Shown here: positions 46,162 to 54,493 of the stretch, piece after piece
How positions within the stretch are numbered: the first letter of the stretch is position 1
Layout of the letters: each line of letters starts with the position of its first letter
Origin: Minisyncoccia bacterium
GTDB taxonomy: Bacteria > Patescibacteriota > Minisyncoccia > Phycocordibacterales > DATDWN01
Length of the DNA stretch: 55,159 nt
Assembly: GCA_049296855.1 (NCBI GenBank)
Contig: JBAQTF010000014.1
Span: 1-55,159 of the forward strand
Direction of reading: 5' to 3'
Made by a program: the position numbers and the translations under genes
The notes under the pieces: generated by a model
What the model was told of the DNA's origin: nothing
Seen by the model: the letters and a program-made list of their open reading frames with translations, nothing else
Database searches by the model: none

Positions 46162-46497
46162 CTACAATGAAGGATCTGGTTTACTAATCTGATTTTTATT
46201 TATTTCATTACTAAATTCTTCACGAAGATTCACATCATTCACTGATTCTTCTAAAAGAACATTATTTATTCTGACTTCCTTTCGAGAATCGTCCTTATTT
46301 ACAGTAAAAAATCTACCCTGAGTAACTTCTATGTAAAAGTAATATGCCATCAAAGCAGTAAAACAGATAGATATACTAGTTATAGCTAAAATGATATTCC
46401 AGTCGTGTTTCGGTCTTATCCCTACTCTAGAATATGACAAATGACTTGTTTTAATTTTTTCAGCAAAACTTTTTATTTTTTCTAAGAAATTTGACAT
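46162..46497 (-). CDS. Small membrane protein, last gene of the pilMNO cluster
   Basis: 111-aa ORF with one TM helix. Its start lies 3 nt from the pilO-like stop. Confidence 0.55.
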   Translation of the reverse strand: MSNFLEKIKSFAEKIKTSHLSYSRVGIRPKHDWNIILAITSISICFTALMAYYFYIEVTQGRFFTVNKDDSRKEVRINNVLLEESVNDVNLREEFSNEINKNQISKPDPSL

Positions 46498-46499
46498 AT

Positions 46500-47066
46500 T
46501 TATTTATATTTTAATACATTTATCTCAAATATACTTTGCCAAATCCTTCCTGAATCCGAAGTATTTTTTACAGACTCTGTATTAATCAAAGGTCCCGTTA
46601 GTCCAAAATTAATTATTTTGATCTTGAAAGGTAGAGACTCTATCTGCGCTAGAAATTTATATATACCAGACCAAGAACCTTTTGCCTTTACTCTAATTCT
46701 AAAAACTACTACTTTACTTCCTGGGAATGAGGGAATTTCTTCAAAATTAAGAGAATCTATAGTAGTTGATAAACTATCGTCGTGTGCCATTTTTTCTAGA
46801 CTTTCTATAAAAGCGACATCGCCATCAGAAGAAACTATGGAATTATTGATCTTAGTAATGTCAGAATCCGCATTTTGAAAAGTCTCCAGTAGACTACTAA
46901 CATATTGACTGTTTTCGTTTTGGTGAGCTAGATCTTGCTCAATATTTGATATATGTTCATTTCTATTTTTAATGTCTACAAATAAAAAATAATACGAAGC
47001 AAAAACTCCAACCACTAAAATGGTGACAGCGATTATTGTATTTTTTGATGTATTTTTGGTTTTCAT
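46500..47066 (-). CDS. pilO: PilO-like type IV pilus assembly protein
   Basis: N-terminal TM helix plus coiled coil, positioned after the pilN-like gene. The assignment rests on context. Confidence 0.5.
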   Translation of the reverse strand: MKTKNTSKNTIIAVTILVVGVFASYYFLFVDIKNRNEHISNIEQDLAHQNENSQYVSSLLETFQNADSDITKINNSIVSSDGDVAFIESLEKMAHDDSLSTTIDSLNFEEIPSFPGSKVVVFRIRVKAKGSWSGIYKFLAQIESLPFKIKIINFGLTGPLINTESVKNTSDSGRIWQSIFEINVLKYK

Positions 47067-47075
47067 AGCTAATAC

Positions 47076-47618
47076 TTATTTTCCTGAAATGGTCATACTT
47101 ATTGAAAAATCGATATCTTTGTTCTTTGCAAAATTTGAAACAGGTAGGTTGACCTCCTTAAAGGCTTTTGAGGCTTCTAATTTTTTTACAAATAAGACCA
47201 GAGAATCTCGTGTATCAGAAATACCACCTAGATTTATTGTCGCACTTGATTCCTTTCCAGATGTGTATGACATTTGATTAATACGAATAGTAGAAATCTT
47301 GTTAGAAAGAATAATATCTACTAGAGGCAAGACTTTTGGATACAGCATTATTTTACTAATGATATTTAATTTTGTATTTGTATCACTAATAATAGAAGCT
47401 ATGGAAGTTGAGTCTTTTGATGACATAATTTTATTTGTGATATTAATAAGAGTCATAGATTCTTTTTCTTTGGACATGGAAATTATCCATGTTGGGAAAA
47501 GAAATATCAAAAATGATACTTGTATAAAAAGAATAAAAAAAAGAATTGTAACTAACCAGCGTTTCTTGTACTCTGTCTTGATTTCTTTTTTTGATATCTC
47601 TGGAAGTAAATTAAACAT
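47076..47618 (-). CDS. pilN: PilN-like type IV pilus assembly protein
   Basis: MFNLLPE... N-terminus followed by a TM helix, typical of PilN. Confidence 0.6.
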   Translation of the reverse strand: MFNLLPEISKKEIKTEYKKRWLVTILFFILFIQVSFLIFLFPTWIISMSKEKESMTLINITNKIMSSKDSTSIASIISDTNTKLNIISKIMLYPKVLPLVDIILSNKISTIRINQMSYTSGKESSATINLGGISDTRDSLVLFVKKLEASKAFKEVNLPVSNFAKNKDIDFSISMTISGK

Positions 47619-47624
47619 ATGTCT

Positions 47625-48590
47625 CTAAATTAGAATGTCGCCTGGAAGTGCCAGGCCAATAGCCGTGACATATCCTAAAGAATCTATAAACGAAATTTCT
47701 GGGACGACAGTATTGATATTAAAGGCATTAACCCAAACATTACCAAGAATCGTTGGGATCTTATTATGGACCGTAAAATGTTGAGTAATATCAATATCAA
47801 AACCTTCTCCACAAATAATGATTTGTCTTATTTTTCTATTTTCGTTGTCCACATTTTCTTTCAGTGTGTGCCAATATGTATAAAGTTTCTTTATTTCTTG
47901 AGACATAAAGTCTAAGTTCGAGGAAACATCACCTTTAAATGACAGTGTAGAAGTAAAATGCACAGTTAAACCACTTGCAACGTATAAACCAACTTTTTCT
48001 TTTTCAAAATTAATAATAACTACAGTCTCAGGTGCATCTTTGGACAAAAGAGCTCTAGCTGTTGCTTGTGATTCTGTCTCTAATGATAACAAAGATAAAC
48101 CTGAATCTTCGGCCAAACTTACATATTTGTCTACAACATTTATCGGCATAGTAGAAACAACTACGTTGAGGTGGCTTGGATTCATACGAACAACTTTGTA
48201 ATCAAATGTTAATTCTGCGGGTGAAACGGGAACACTCTCTTCCATCTTTGACTCTATAACACTTCGAATCTCATTTTGTTTAACAACTGGAATTTTAGCA
48301 TTGAACAGGTAACCTCTTTCTTCTGGTAGAGATATTTTAACGTAATCTAAACCAATCTCTTTTTTTAAAGATTTAAGAATTTGAGCAACCTCATCCTTAT
48401 TTTCTATTTGTCCAGATTTGATAAGTCCTGGATTGACTTCACTCTTAGCATATTTCTCCACAAACAGAGCTCTGCCTTTTTTACCAAATTTTATACAGTG
48501 AATCACTGTGTCAGATATAGATATTCCGGCAAATGGGATATCTAAAAACTTTGGAGGAGGAAAAACCTCAAATATTTTATCTAATATCAT
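47625..48590 (-). CDS. pilM: PilM-like type IV pilus assembly ATPase-fold protein
   Basis: 321 aa with actin-like fold organisation. TGTTATAAT lies 7 nt upstream of the ATG. Confidence 0.65.
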   Translation of the reverse strand: MILDKIFEVFPPPKFLDIPFAGISISDTVIHCIKFGKKGRALFVEKYAKSEVNPGLIKSGQIENKDEVAQILKSLKKEIGLDYVKISLPEERGYLFNAKIPVVKQNEIRSVIESKMEESVPVSPAELTFDYKVVRMNPSHLNVVVSTMPINVVDKYVSLAEDSGLSLLSLETESQATARALLSKDAPETVVIINFEKEKVGLYVASGLTVHFTSTLSFKGDVSSNLDFMSQEIKKLYTYWHTLKENVDNENRKIRQIIICGEGFDIDITQHFTVHNKIPTILGNVWVNAFNINTVVPEISFIDSLGYVTAIGLALPGDILI

Positions 48591-48602
48591 CTGCTAAATT
48601 AT

Positions 48603-48729
48603 AACACAAGGTTACTTTCAAAAATATAGTCGTTTCACTCCTTGTTTTCTAGGTCGTACCACAAGGGCACTTCCGAGAACATATTCGCTATACTTATTGT
48701 TTTCTAGGTCGTACCACAAGGGCACTTCC
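48603..48729. repeat. Family-3 repeat: tandem units with a 55-nt period (two exact 33-nt copies plus one degenerate copy)
   Basis: ttgttttctaggtcgtaccacaagggcacttcc occurs at 48642-74 and 48697-729. The degenerate aacacaaggttactttc at 48603-19 overlaps the pilM -10 box. Confidence 0.85.
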
Positions 48730-48734
48730 AATTT

Positions 48735-49073
48735 CTATTTTACTGCACTCCCTGGAATGACATCATCTTTGGTCTCTAGAAGAGAGAAAAATCCATTTTC
48801 TCCTTTACCACTACTGACTGCGAGTATCATACCTTTGCTTTCTAGCCCTCTTATAGTTCGCGATTCAAGATTGGTAGCAAAAGCACACTTTTTACCAATA
48901 AGTATCTGAGGATCAGAAAAATATTCTGCTATACCTGAAATAATTTGTCTTGGATTTTCTTCTCCTAAATCCACCGACAACTTCAAAAGTTTATCGGTGT
49001 CAGAGACTTTTTCTACTGACAAGATCAGACCAATTTTTATCTCTAACTTTTTAAAATCATCAATTGATATCAT
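48735..49073 (-). CDS. Stand-alone tRNA-binding domain protein (Trbp111/CsaA-like)
   Basis: FKKLEIKIGLILSVEKVSDTDKLLKLSVDLGEE..RQIISGIAEYF. Confidence 0.85.
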   Translation of the reverse strand: MISIDDFKKLEIKIGLILSVEKVSDTDKLLKLSVDLGEENPRQIISGIAEYFSDPQILIGKKCAFATNLESRTIRGLESKGMILAVSSGKGENGFFSLLETKDDVIPGSAVK

Positions 49074-49086
49074 AAATAGATAATTT

Positions 49087-49482
49087 TTAATTTCTAAATG
49101 AATTATTTTTTGTATCTAAATACGACTTCAAAATCAAAGCCGCAGCAGAAGCATCGTGCATCTCACCTTTGCCTTGAAGTCTTTCTGCTTCGGCTGATGT
49201 CAGAAATTCTGGATGCATGTGAACTGGAAGTTTAAGTTCTTTTTTTAAATTTTCAGCAAATGGTTTTATTTCTTTCATTATCTCGTTATCTTTTTGACTA
49301 TAATCTTTTGAATCTCCAACAACAATCTCTCCTATAGTGTTTTTAGCACATATTTCAGCAATTTTTAGAATCAAATCTCTTGAAGACTCCAAAACAACTA
49401 ATGGAAAAGCAAAACTACCTGTATTGTCAGAAACAGCAACTCCAACTCTTTTTCCGCCATAATCAATGCCTAAGTACTTCAT
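49087..49482 (-). CDS. ruvX: Holliday junction resolvase-like RuvX/YqgF
   Basis: MKYLGIDYGGKRVGVAVSD. Confidence 0.88.
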   Translation of the reverse strand: MKYLGIDYGGKRVGVAVSDNTGSFAFPLVVLESSRDLILKIAEICAKNTIGEIVVGDSKDYSQKDNEIMKEIKPFAENLKKELKLPVHMHPEFLTSAEAERLQGKGEMHDASAAALILKSYLDTKNNSFRN

Positions 49483-49494
49483 AGCCTAAAGTTT

Positions 49495-49555
49495 AACACA
49501 AGGTCACTTCCAATTTCTAATTCACTACGTTCATAAGAAATTTAGGTCGTACCAT
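49495..49555. repeat. Family-3 repeat (partial core, aatttct...agaaatt hairpin, partial core) upstream of ruvX
   Basis: aacacaaggtcacttcc-aatttctaattcactacgttcataagaaattt-aggtcgtaccat. Confidence 0.7.
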
Positions 49556-49602
49556 AAAAATGCTTTCATTGCATTATCACAAATTTTTGATACTATGTCG
49601 GA

Positions 49603-49824
49603 ATGGATACAACAGCGATAAACGGGTTTCCAATTTGGCTCATGATACTTATCACACTATGGTCAATACCATGGAAAGGTATGGCATTGTGGAAAGCCGC
49701 ACAACTATCACATAAGAAATGGTTCATTATCTTATTACTTGTGAACACGTTGGGTATCTTGGATATATATTACATTCGTTTCGTCGCTAGAAAATATACT
49801 GTAGAAACAATTGAAGGCAAGTAA
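49603..49824 (+). CDS. Small two-TM membrane protein
   Basis: 73-aa ORF. TGATACTAT lies 6 nt upstream of the ATG. Confidence 0.6.
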   Translation: MDTTAINGFPIWLMILITLWSIPWKGMALWKAAQLSHKKWFIILLLVNTLGILDIYYIRFVARKYTVETIEGK

Positions 49825-49837
49825 AAATAAAAAACAC

Positions 49838-49922
49838 GGAGGTGTCGCATAGTGGTCTAGTGCGCCCGTCTTGAAAACGGGTGTGCCGCAAGGCACCGTG
49901 AGTTCGAATCCCACCACCTCCG
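49838..49922 (+). tRNA. tRNA-Ser (UGA), long variable arm
   Basis: GGAGGUG acceptor, anticodon loop CUUGAAA, variable arm UGUGCCGCAAGGCACC. Confidence 0.88.
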
Positions 49923-50012
49923 CAATTTTTCGAAAAGGGTTTCAGAACCAAATGGAGTTGCGCCGACAAGTGGTAGTTTTTTAATTCAAAGATTTCTTGT
50001 ATAATTGACACC

Positions 50013-50438
50013 ATGAATGCAAAATCACTTTCAGTTCTTATTTCAAGAATCGCATTATTTTTAATTTATTTTTGGTTTGGCTTTTTGAAAATTATTGGAC
50101 TGTCTCCAGCAAGTGGAATGGTCCAAGAACTTTTTAGTAAAACTGTTACACCAATCATGGATACGATGCACCTATCATTTATGACACCAGGTACATTCGT
50201 AATAGTATTTGGGGTCATTGAGGTCATAATTGGAATTCTGTTTCTCGTCCCAGGAAAAGAAAAACTAGCTTCAATATTATTTTTTGCACACATGGTTACG
50301 ACCGGGCTCCCACTTTTCTTCCTAAAAGATTCAGTCTGGGCACGTATGTTCGTTCCAACACTTGAAGGTCAATATATTATAAAAAATATCGCCCTCATCG
50401 CTTGTGCACTAAACATTCGATCTTCCTCAAAAAGCTAA
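50013..50438 (+). CDS. Four-TM membrane protein (DoxX-like)
   Basis: 141-aa hydrophobic ORF. TGTATAAT lies 7 nt upstream of the ATG. Confidence 0.6.
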   Translation: MNAKSLSVLISRIALFLIYFWFGFLKIIGLSPASGMVQELFSKTVTPIMDTMHLSFMTPGTFVIVFGVIEVIIGILFLVPGKEKLASILFFAHMVTTGLPLFFLKDSVWARMFVPTLEGQYIIKNIALIACALNIRSSSKS

Positions 50439-50460
50439 CTGTACGTGTTATAATAGCTAC

Positions 50461-50916
50461 ATGGAAAAAATCTCTTGGAAAGCAAAAGAATACATTCATA
50501 GAGAAAAAACTTCTGACTGGTATTGGATCGTAGGAATTATTACCGTTTCAATCGCGATTATTTCCATAATCCTAAACAATCTTATTTTCGCAATACTTAT
50601 TATAGTCTCATCATTTACCCTATCACTTTTTGCTTCCAAAAAACCCCAAATGATAGACGTGGAAATAGACAATTCTGGTGTCACTATAGGCAAAACGCAC
50701 TACCCATATGCACACTTAGAGTCGTTCTGGATCGAGACTAGAGAACACCATCCAAGAATAATACTGAAATCACAAAAAGTCTTCATGCCTTTTGTTATTG
50801 CTTTTATTGAAGATGAAAACGAGGAAGGACTGCGTGAATTTTTGCTACAACATTTACCAGAAGAAGAACATATCGAACCTTTCTTAGAAAAACTCCTAAT
50901 CTACTTGGGATTTTAG
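50461..50916 (+). CDS. Hypothetical membrane protein
   Basis: 151-aa ORF with two TM helices. TGTTATAAT lies 6 nt upstream of the ATG. Confidence 0.6.
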   Translation: MEKISWKAKEYIHREKTSDWYWIVGIITVSIAIISIILNNLIFAILIIVSSFTLSLFASKKPQMIDVEIDNSGVTIGKTHYPYAHLESFWIETREHHPRIILKSQKVFMPFVIAFIEDENEEGLREFLLQHLPEEEHIEPFLEKLLIYLGF

Positions 50917-50942
50917 TGATTTTGTGATAATCTGCGAACATT

Positions 50943-51014
50943 GCTCTCGTAGTTTAATGGATAGAATGTTGGCCTGCGAAGCTGGCGATCCAGGTTCGAT
51001 TCCTGGCGAGAGCA
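50943..51014 (+). tRNA. tRNA-Arg (GCG)
   Basis: GCUCUCG acceptor, anticodon loop CUGCGAA, T-arm CCAGG-UUCGAUU-CCUGG. The anticodon stem has three G.U pairs. Confidence 0.75.
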
Positions 51015-51158
51015 CTAAAATTGACGTTCGGAAATTTTGTGCTCCGCAGAAAGTCATGGGACGACTTTCGCTAGGAATCGAAAACCTTTGATAGTTTTTT
51101 AGACAAAAAACAGAAAAGGTGTACCGTTCCTGTAAGGAAAGATTCCTGGTGAGAGCAC
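51015..51158 (+). ncRNA. tRNA-trailer structured element (Arg copy)
   Basis: Ends in gattcctggtgagagcac (51141-58), a copy of the tRNA 3' end (50998-51015) with 1 mismatch. The 5' GUGCUC (51039-44) pairs with GAGCAC (51153-58). Same hairpin order as the Val and His copies. Confidence 0.65.
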
Positions 51159-51176
51159 AAAATTTTTTCCTGATAC

Positions 51177-51202
51177 TAAAAAACCGTGAGCCACGGTTTT
51201 TT
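51177..51202. terminator. Bidirectional terminator (rpsT side and tRNA-Arg side)
   Basis: aaaaaaa-ccgtg-agc-cacgg-tttttt. Confidence 0.75.
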
Positions 51203-51204
51203 GA

Positions 51205-51465
51205 TTATCCTTTCTTTATCATTGCACTTATTCTGGATTTATTTCTTGATGCTGTGTTTTTCTTCAGCAATCCTGTTTTGACAGACTTGTCGAGAATTTT
51301 CTGAACTTGGGACATGAACTCCTTTGCTTCTTTGAACTTTTTCTCTCTAACCAATTTCTTTATTTGTTTGACAGCTTTGTTTATAAGATCCTTCTTATTT
51401 ACGTTAAAATCTCTCTTTTTAGAAGAAGATCGTAGAGCTTTTTTGGCTGATGTTGTAATAGGCAT
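51205..51465 (-). CDS. rpsT: 30S ribosomal protein S20
   Basis: MPITTSAKKALRSSSKKRDFN..., 86 aa, basic. Confidence 0.9.
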   Translation of the reverse strand: MPITTSAKKALRSSSKKRDFNVNKKDLINKAVKQIKKLVREKKFKEAKEFMSQVQKILDKSVKTGLLKKNTASRNKSRISAMIKKG

Positions 51466-51596
51466 GGCTGTTTTGTTACCCTTGGATACTATAACATAGT
51501 GAAAAATAAATCAACCCTTTGGCACTTTTTTTGAAAAATAGAAAGTACTAAAGGGCTAATATAGCAGACTTAACACAAATGGAGTACTATATGGGA

Positions 51597-52157
51597 ATGA
51601 TAGGACATTTGAAAGGCACAATTATCCATAGTGACTTGAAATCCATAATACTGGATGTTTCAGGAGTAGGCTATAAAATCTATACAAACACGACGAATCT
51701 TGAAACAGAGAAAGGTAAAATTGTTGAACTTTGGACATATTTAGCCGTACGAGAAACCGCTTTAGATTTATATGGCTTTAGTACAAAAGATGAACTAGAT
51801 TTTTTTGAACTTCTTATATCTGTTTCTGGTATTGGACCAAAAAGCGCTATAGGGATTCTCTCTATCGCCACCTTACAGAATCTCCGCCACGCAATATCTA
51901 GTGGAGATACTAGTCATCTAACAAAAGTTTCTGGTATTGGAAAAAAGAACGCCGAGAAAATTGTCATAGAACTGAAAGATAAATTAGTTGGTCTGTATGC
52001 CGACATGAGCCATTCTATGAAAGGCGATGTTGATGCATTAGAAGCTTTAAAATCCCTTGGTTATGGTGAACGTGAAGCAAGAGAAGCACTGAAAAAAGCA
52101 GATGGTGATACTACAGAGAAAAAAGTGCGTTCTGCACTAAAAAATCTAAACAAATAA
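51597..52157 (+). CDS. ruvA: Holliday junction DNA helicase subunit RuvA
   Basis: MIGHLKGT..., HhH motifs (VSGIGPKSA, VSGIGKKNAEKI). The start is taken at ATG 51597 (TACTAT 6 nt upstream). Confidence 0.9.
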   Translation: MIGHLKGTIIHSDLKSIILDVSGVGYKIYTNTTNLETEKGKIVELWTYLAVRETALDLYGFSTKDELDFFELLISVSGIGPKSAIGILSIATLQNLRHAISSGDTSHLTKVSGIGKKNAEKIVIELKDKLVGLYADMSHSMKGDVDALEALKSLGYGEREAREALKKADGDTTEKKVRSALKNLNK

Positions 52158-52163
52158 ACAGTT

Positions 52164-53063
52164 ATGCCAGAACTACCAGAAGTAACAACTACCGTTAAGG
52201 GATTGAATGAAGTGTTACCAAAACTTAAGATAAAAGATATATGGTCGGATTATTTTCTACGGACAAAAAACAGGCGTACCGATAACATTAAAAACAAAAA
52301 ATATTTTGAACACTTCAGAAAAGAAGTTGTTGGTGAAAAAGTGAAAAACGCCGAGAGAAGAGGTAAAAATGTCTTGATACATTTAACTCACGGGAAAACT
52401 ATTCTCATCCATATGAAAATGACTGGGCATTTACTGTACGGGAAATACATCTGGGACGATAAGGAATGGAAAAGTAGTGAGAAATTACTATCTGATCCAT
52501 TCAACCGATTCATTCATCTCATATTCACTTTATCAAACAGCAAACATCTGGCCTTCTCAGATATGCGTAAATTTGCAAAAGTCGTCTTGTTTGAAACTGA
52601 AAAAAGAGATGAATTCATTGACTTAGCTCAACTTGGACCAGAGCCTCTTTTAAACTTGTCATTAGATATATTTAAAAAACAGTTACATAAAAAACCAACT
52701 GGAAAAATTAAAACCGTTTTAATGGATCAGACAGTCATTGCTGGTATAGGCAACATCTACTCTGACGAAATCCTTTGGGAGGCCGGGATTCATCCTGAAC
52801 GTAGAGTGGTAAGTATTAAAAACAAAGAGATAGAAAAAATGTGGAAAGGATTAAAGGTAATACTGACAAAATCAATCAAGATGGGTGGAGATTCAATGTC
52901 TGACTATAGAGACATTTATGGTAAAAAGGGGAATTTTCAAAATGCCCACAAGGTTTACAGAAGGACAAAAGAAAAATGTTTGAAAAAAGGTTGTTCTGGA
53001 ATAATAATGCGAAAAACTATCGGTGGAAGAAGTAGCCATTTCTGCAGTGCCCACCAGAAGTAA
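52164..53063 (+). CDS. mutM: Formamidopyrimidine-DNA glycosylase
   Basis: MPELPEV N-terminus and a C-terminal zinc finger (CLKKGCSG...HFCSAHQ). Confidence 0.92.
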   Translation: MPELPEVTTTVKGLNEVLPKLKIKDIWSDYFLRTKNRRTDNIKNKKYFEHFRKEVVGEKVKNAERRGKNVLIHLTHGKTILIHMKMTGHLLYGKYIWDDKEWKSSEKLLSDPFNRFIHLIFTLSNSKHLAFSDMRKFAKVVLFETEKRDEFIDLAQLGPEPLLNLSLDIFKKQLHKKPTGKIKTVLMDQTVIAGIGNIYSDEILWEAGIHPERRVVSIKNKEIEKMWKGLKVILTKSIKMGGDSMSDYRDIYGKKGNFQNAHKVYRRTKEKCLKKGCSGIIMRKTIGGRSSHFCSAHQK

Positions 53064-53101
53064 ACTTAGACGAAACTGCGTAAAATTAGTAGAATATAGT
53101 A

Positions 53102-53983
53102 ATGAACAAAGATTCAGTAGGCATTGTTATTATACTCGGCATAATAGCTCTAGCTATTTTTGGTGGAGTAAAAAACACTGGAAACAACAGCTTTGTCTCT
53201 AGTGAGGACCTTACTCCTGCACAAAAACAACAAAACATACAAACAGAAGTTGTAAAAGTACAAACCCAAGTCGAAGATTTAAAAAAGCAGGTACAGTCGC
53301 AAGAAGATTTTAAAACCCAATCAAAATATAAAAATTCAGTCAGCCTCTCTATAAACAGATCTGAAAAACCTTCAGAGGAATACATCACTATACGAGTAGC
53401 AAGTAATGCAACAACATCGATACTTGTGACTGGGTGGACATTAAAAAGTGTAAACGGTGGGGTAAGTGTCAAAATACCTAAAGGGACATATCTTCTCTTT
53501 AGTGGTAAACAAAATGTCGAGGAAGATATTTATCTCACAGGAGGAGATACTCTTTACCTCATCACTGGAACTTCACCAAACGGTGCGAGTTTCAAGCTCA
53601 ATAAATGCTCTGGATACTTGAATCAATTTCAAACCTTTACCCCATATATCAGTAGCAACTGTCCAGTACCAAGAGACGAGGATCTATCAAGTATCCCTAA
53701 AGTAGTGCTAAATGACGCCTGTCTTGATTATATTGAGACATTTCCACAATGCAGAATCCAAGAAGGTCCACTGCCGGTAAAGTGGAATCGTGAATGTACC
53801 GATTTTATAATTAATAAAATCAGCTATGCAGGATGTATAGAAACTCACAAAGATGATAAAGATTTTTATGGAAAAGAATGGATGGTTTACTTGAAACGCA
53901 ATAACTCTCTATGGAAAATTAAACGTGAAAATGTAATCCTTTATGACCTCGATGGTAAGATCGTCGGTGAGTTAAAATACTAA
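53102..53983 (+). CDS. Membrane-anchored protein with a possible lamin-tail-like beta domain and Cys-rich C-terminus
   Basis: TM helix IVIILGIIALAIFGG. YITIRVASNATTSILVTGWTLKS resembles an LTD. TAGAAT lies 6 nt upstream of the ATG. Confidence 0.6.
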   Translation: MNKDSVGIVIILGIIALAIFGGVKNTGNNSFVSSEDLTPAQKQQNIQTEVVKVQTQVEDLKKQVQSQEDFKTQSKYKNSVSLSINRSEKPSEEYITIRVASNATTSILVTGWTLKSVNGGVSVKIPKGTYLLFSGKQNVEEDIYLTGGDTLYLITGTSPNGASFKLNKCSGYLNQFQTFTPYISSNCPVPRDEDLSSIPKVVLNDACLDYIETFPQCRIQEGPLPVKWNRECTDFIINKISYAGCIETHKDDKDFYGKEWMVYLKRNNSLWKIKRENVILYDLDGKIVGELKY

Positions 53984-54465
53984 ATCCCTAACACCCTGAA
54001 CAGAGCTACTCCAAAAGCCACTGACACATTGAGAGACTCTTTCTCCCCTAACATTGAAATCTCTGCAACGACATCACACAGAGAAAGCATTTTTTTATCC
54101 ATTCCCTCCACTTCATTTCCAACAATGAAAAGAACTGAGTAATGTACTTTTACCTTTTTATAATCCACAGAATCTTTTGATTGTTCAATCCCAACGATCT
54201 GATATTTTTTATTCTTTAATTCTTTGATTATTTTTTCTGGACTTTTTACATATTCCCAGGGAATAGTTTTTTCGGCTCCGAGAGCAACTTTAGCAATATC
54301 TTTTCTTCCCCTACCATATTTATCTACAGGGGTCGGTGTGTAACCAGACAAATAAATTTTGGTTACTCCTGCGCACTCAGAGGTACGGAACATAGACCCA
54401 ACATTATGGGTACTGCGGATATTATGAAGTAACACAACAATTTCTTTTCCCTTTGAACTTTTCAT
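53980..54465 (-). CDS. SpoU/TrmH-family RNA 2'-O-methyltransferase
   Basis: NIRSTHNVGSMFRTSECAGV, IVGNEVEGM, LNVSVAFGVALF. The start is moved to MKSSKGK (TGTTAAAGT 7 nt upstream). Confidence 0.85.
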   Translation of the reverse strand: MKSSKGKEIVVLLHNIRSTHNVGSMFRTSECAGVTKIYLSGYTPTPVDKYGRGRKDIAKVALGAEKTIPWEYVKSPEKIIKELKNKKYQIVGIEQSKDSVDYKKVKVHYSVLFIVGNEVEGMDKKMLSLCDVVAEISMLGEKESLNVSVAFGVALFRVLGI

Positions 54466-54472
54466 AATACCG

Positions 54473-54487
54473 ACTTTAACATATAAT
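54473..54487. promoter_or_regulatory. Back-to-back -10 boxes for divergent, apparently leaderless genes
   Basis: rc TGTTAAAGT (54473-81) lies 7 nt from ATG 54465. TATAAT (54482-87) lies 6 nt from ATG 54494. Confidence 0.55.
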
Positions 54488-54493
54488 GTAGCA

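Noticed and set aside
48603-48729. Possible mini-CRISPR array (33-nt direct repeats, 55-nt period).
   Set aside because: There are only two exact repeats plus one degenerate copy. The spacers are only 22 nt and no cas genes lie nearby. The same core occurs singly and inverted at several promoters (9.5, 23.3, 30.7, 49.5 kb), and the terminal copy merges into a -10 box. An intergenic/promoter repeat family explains it better.
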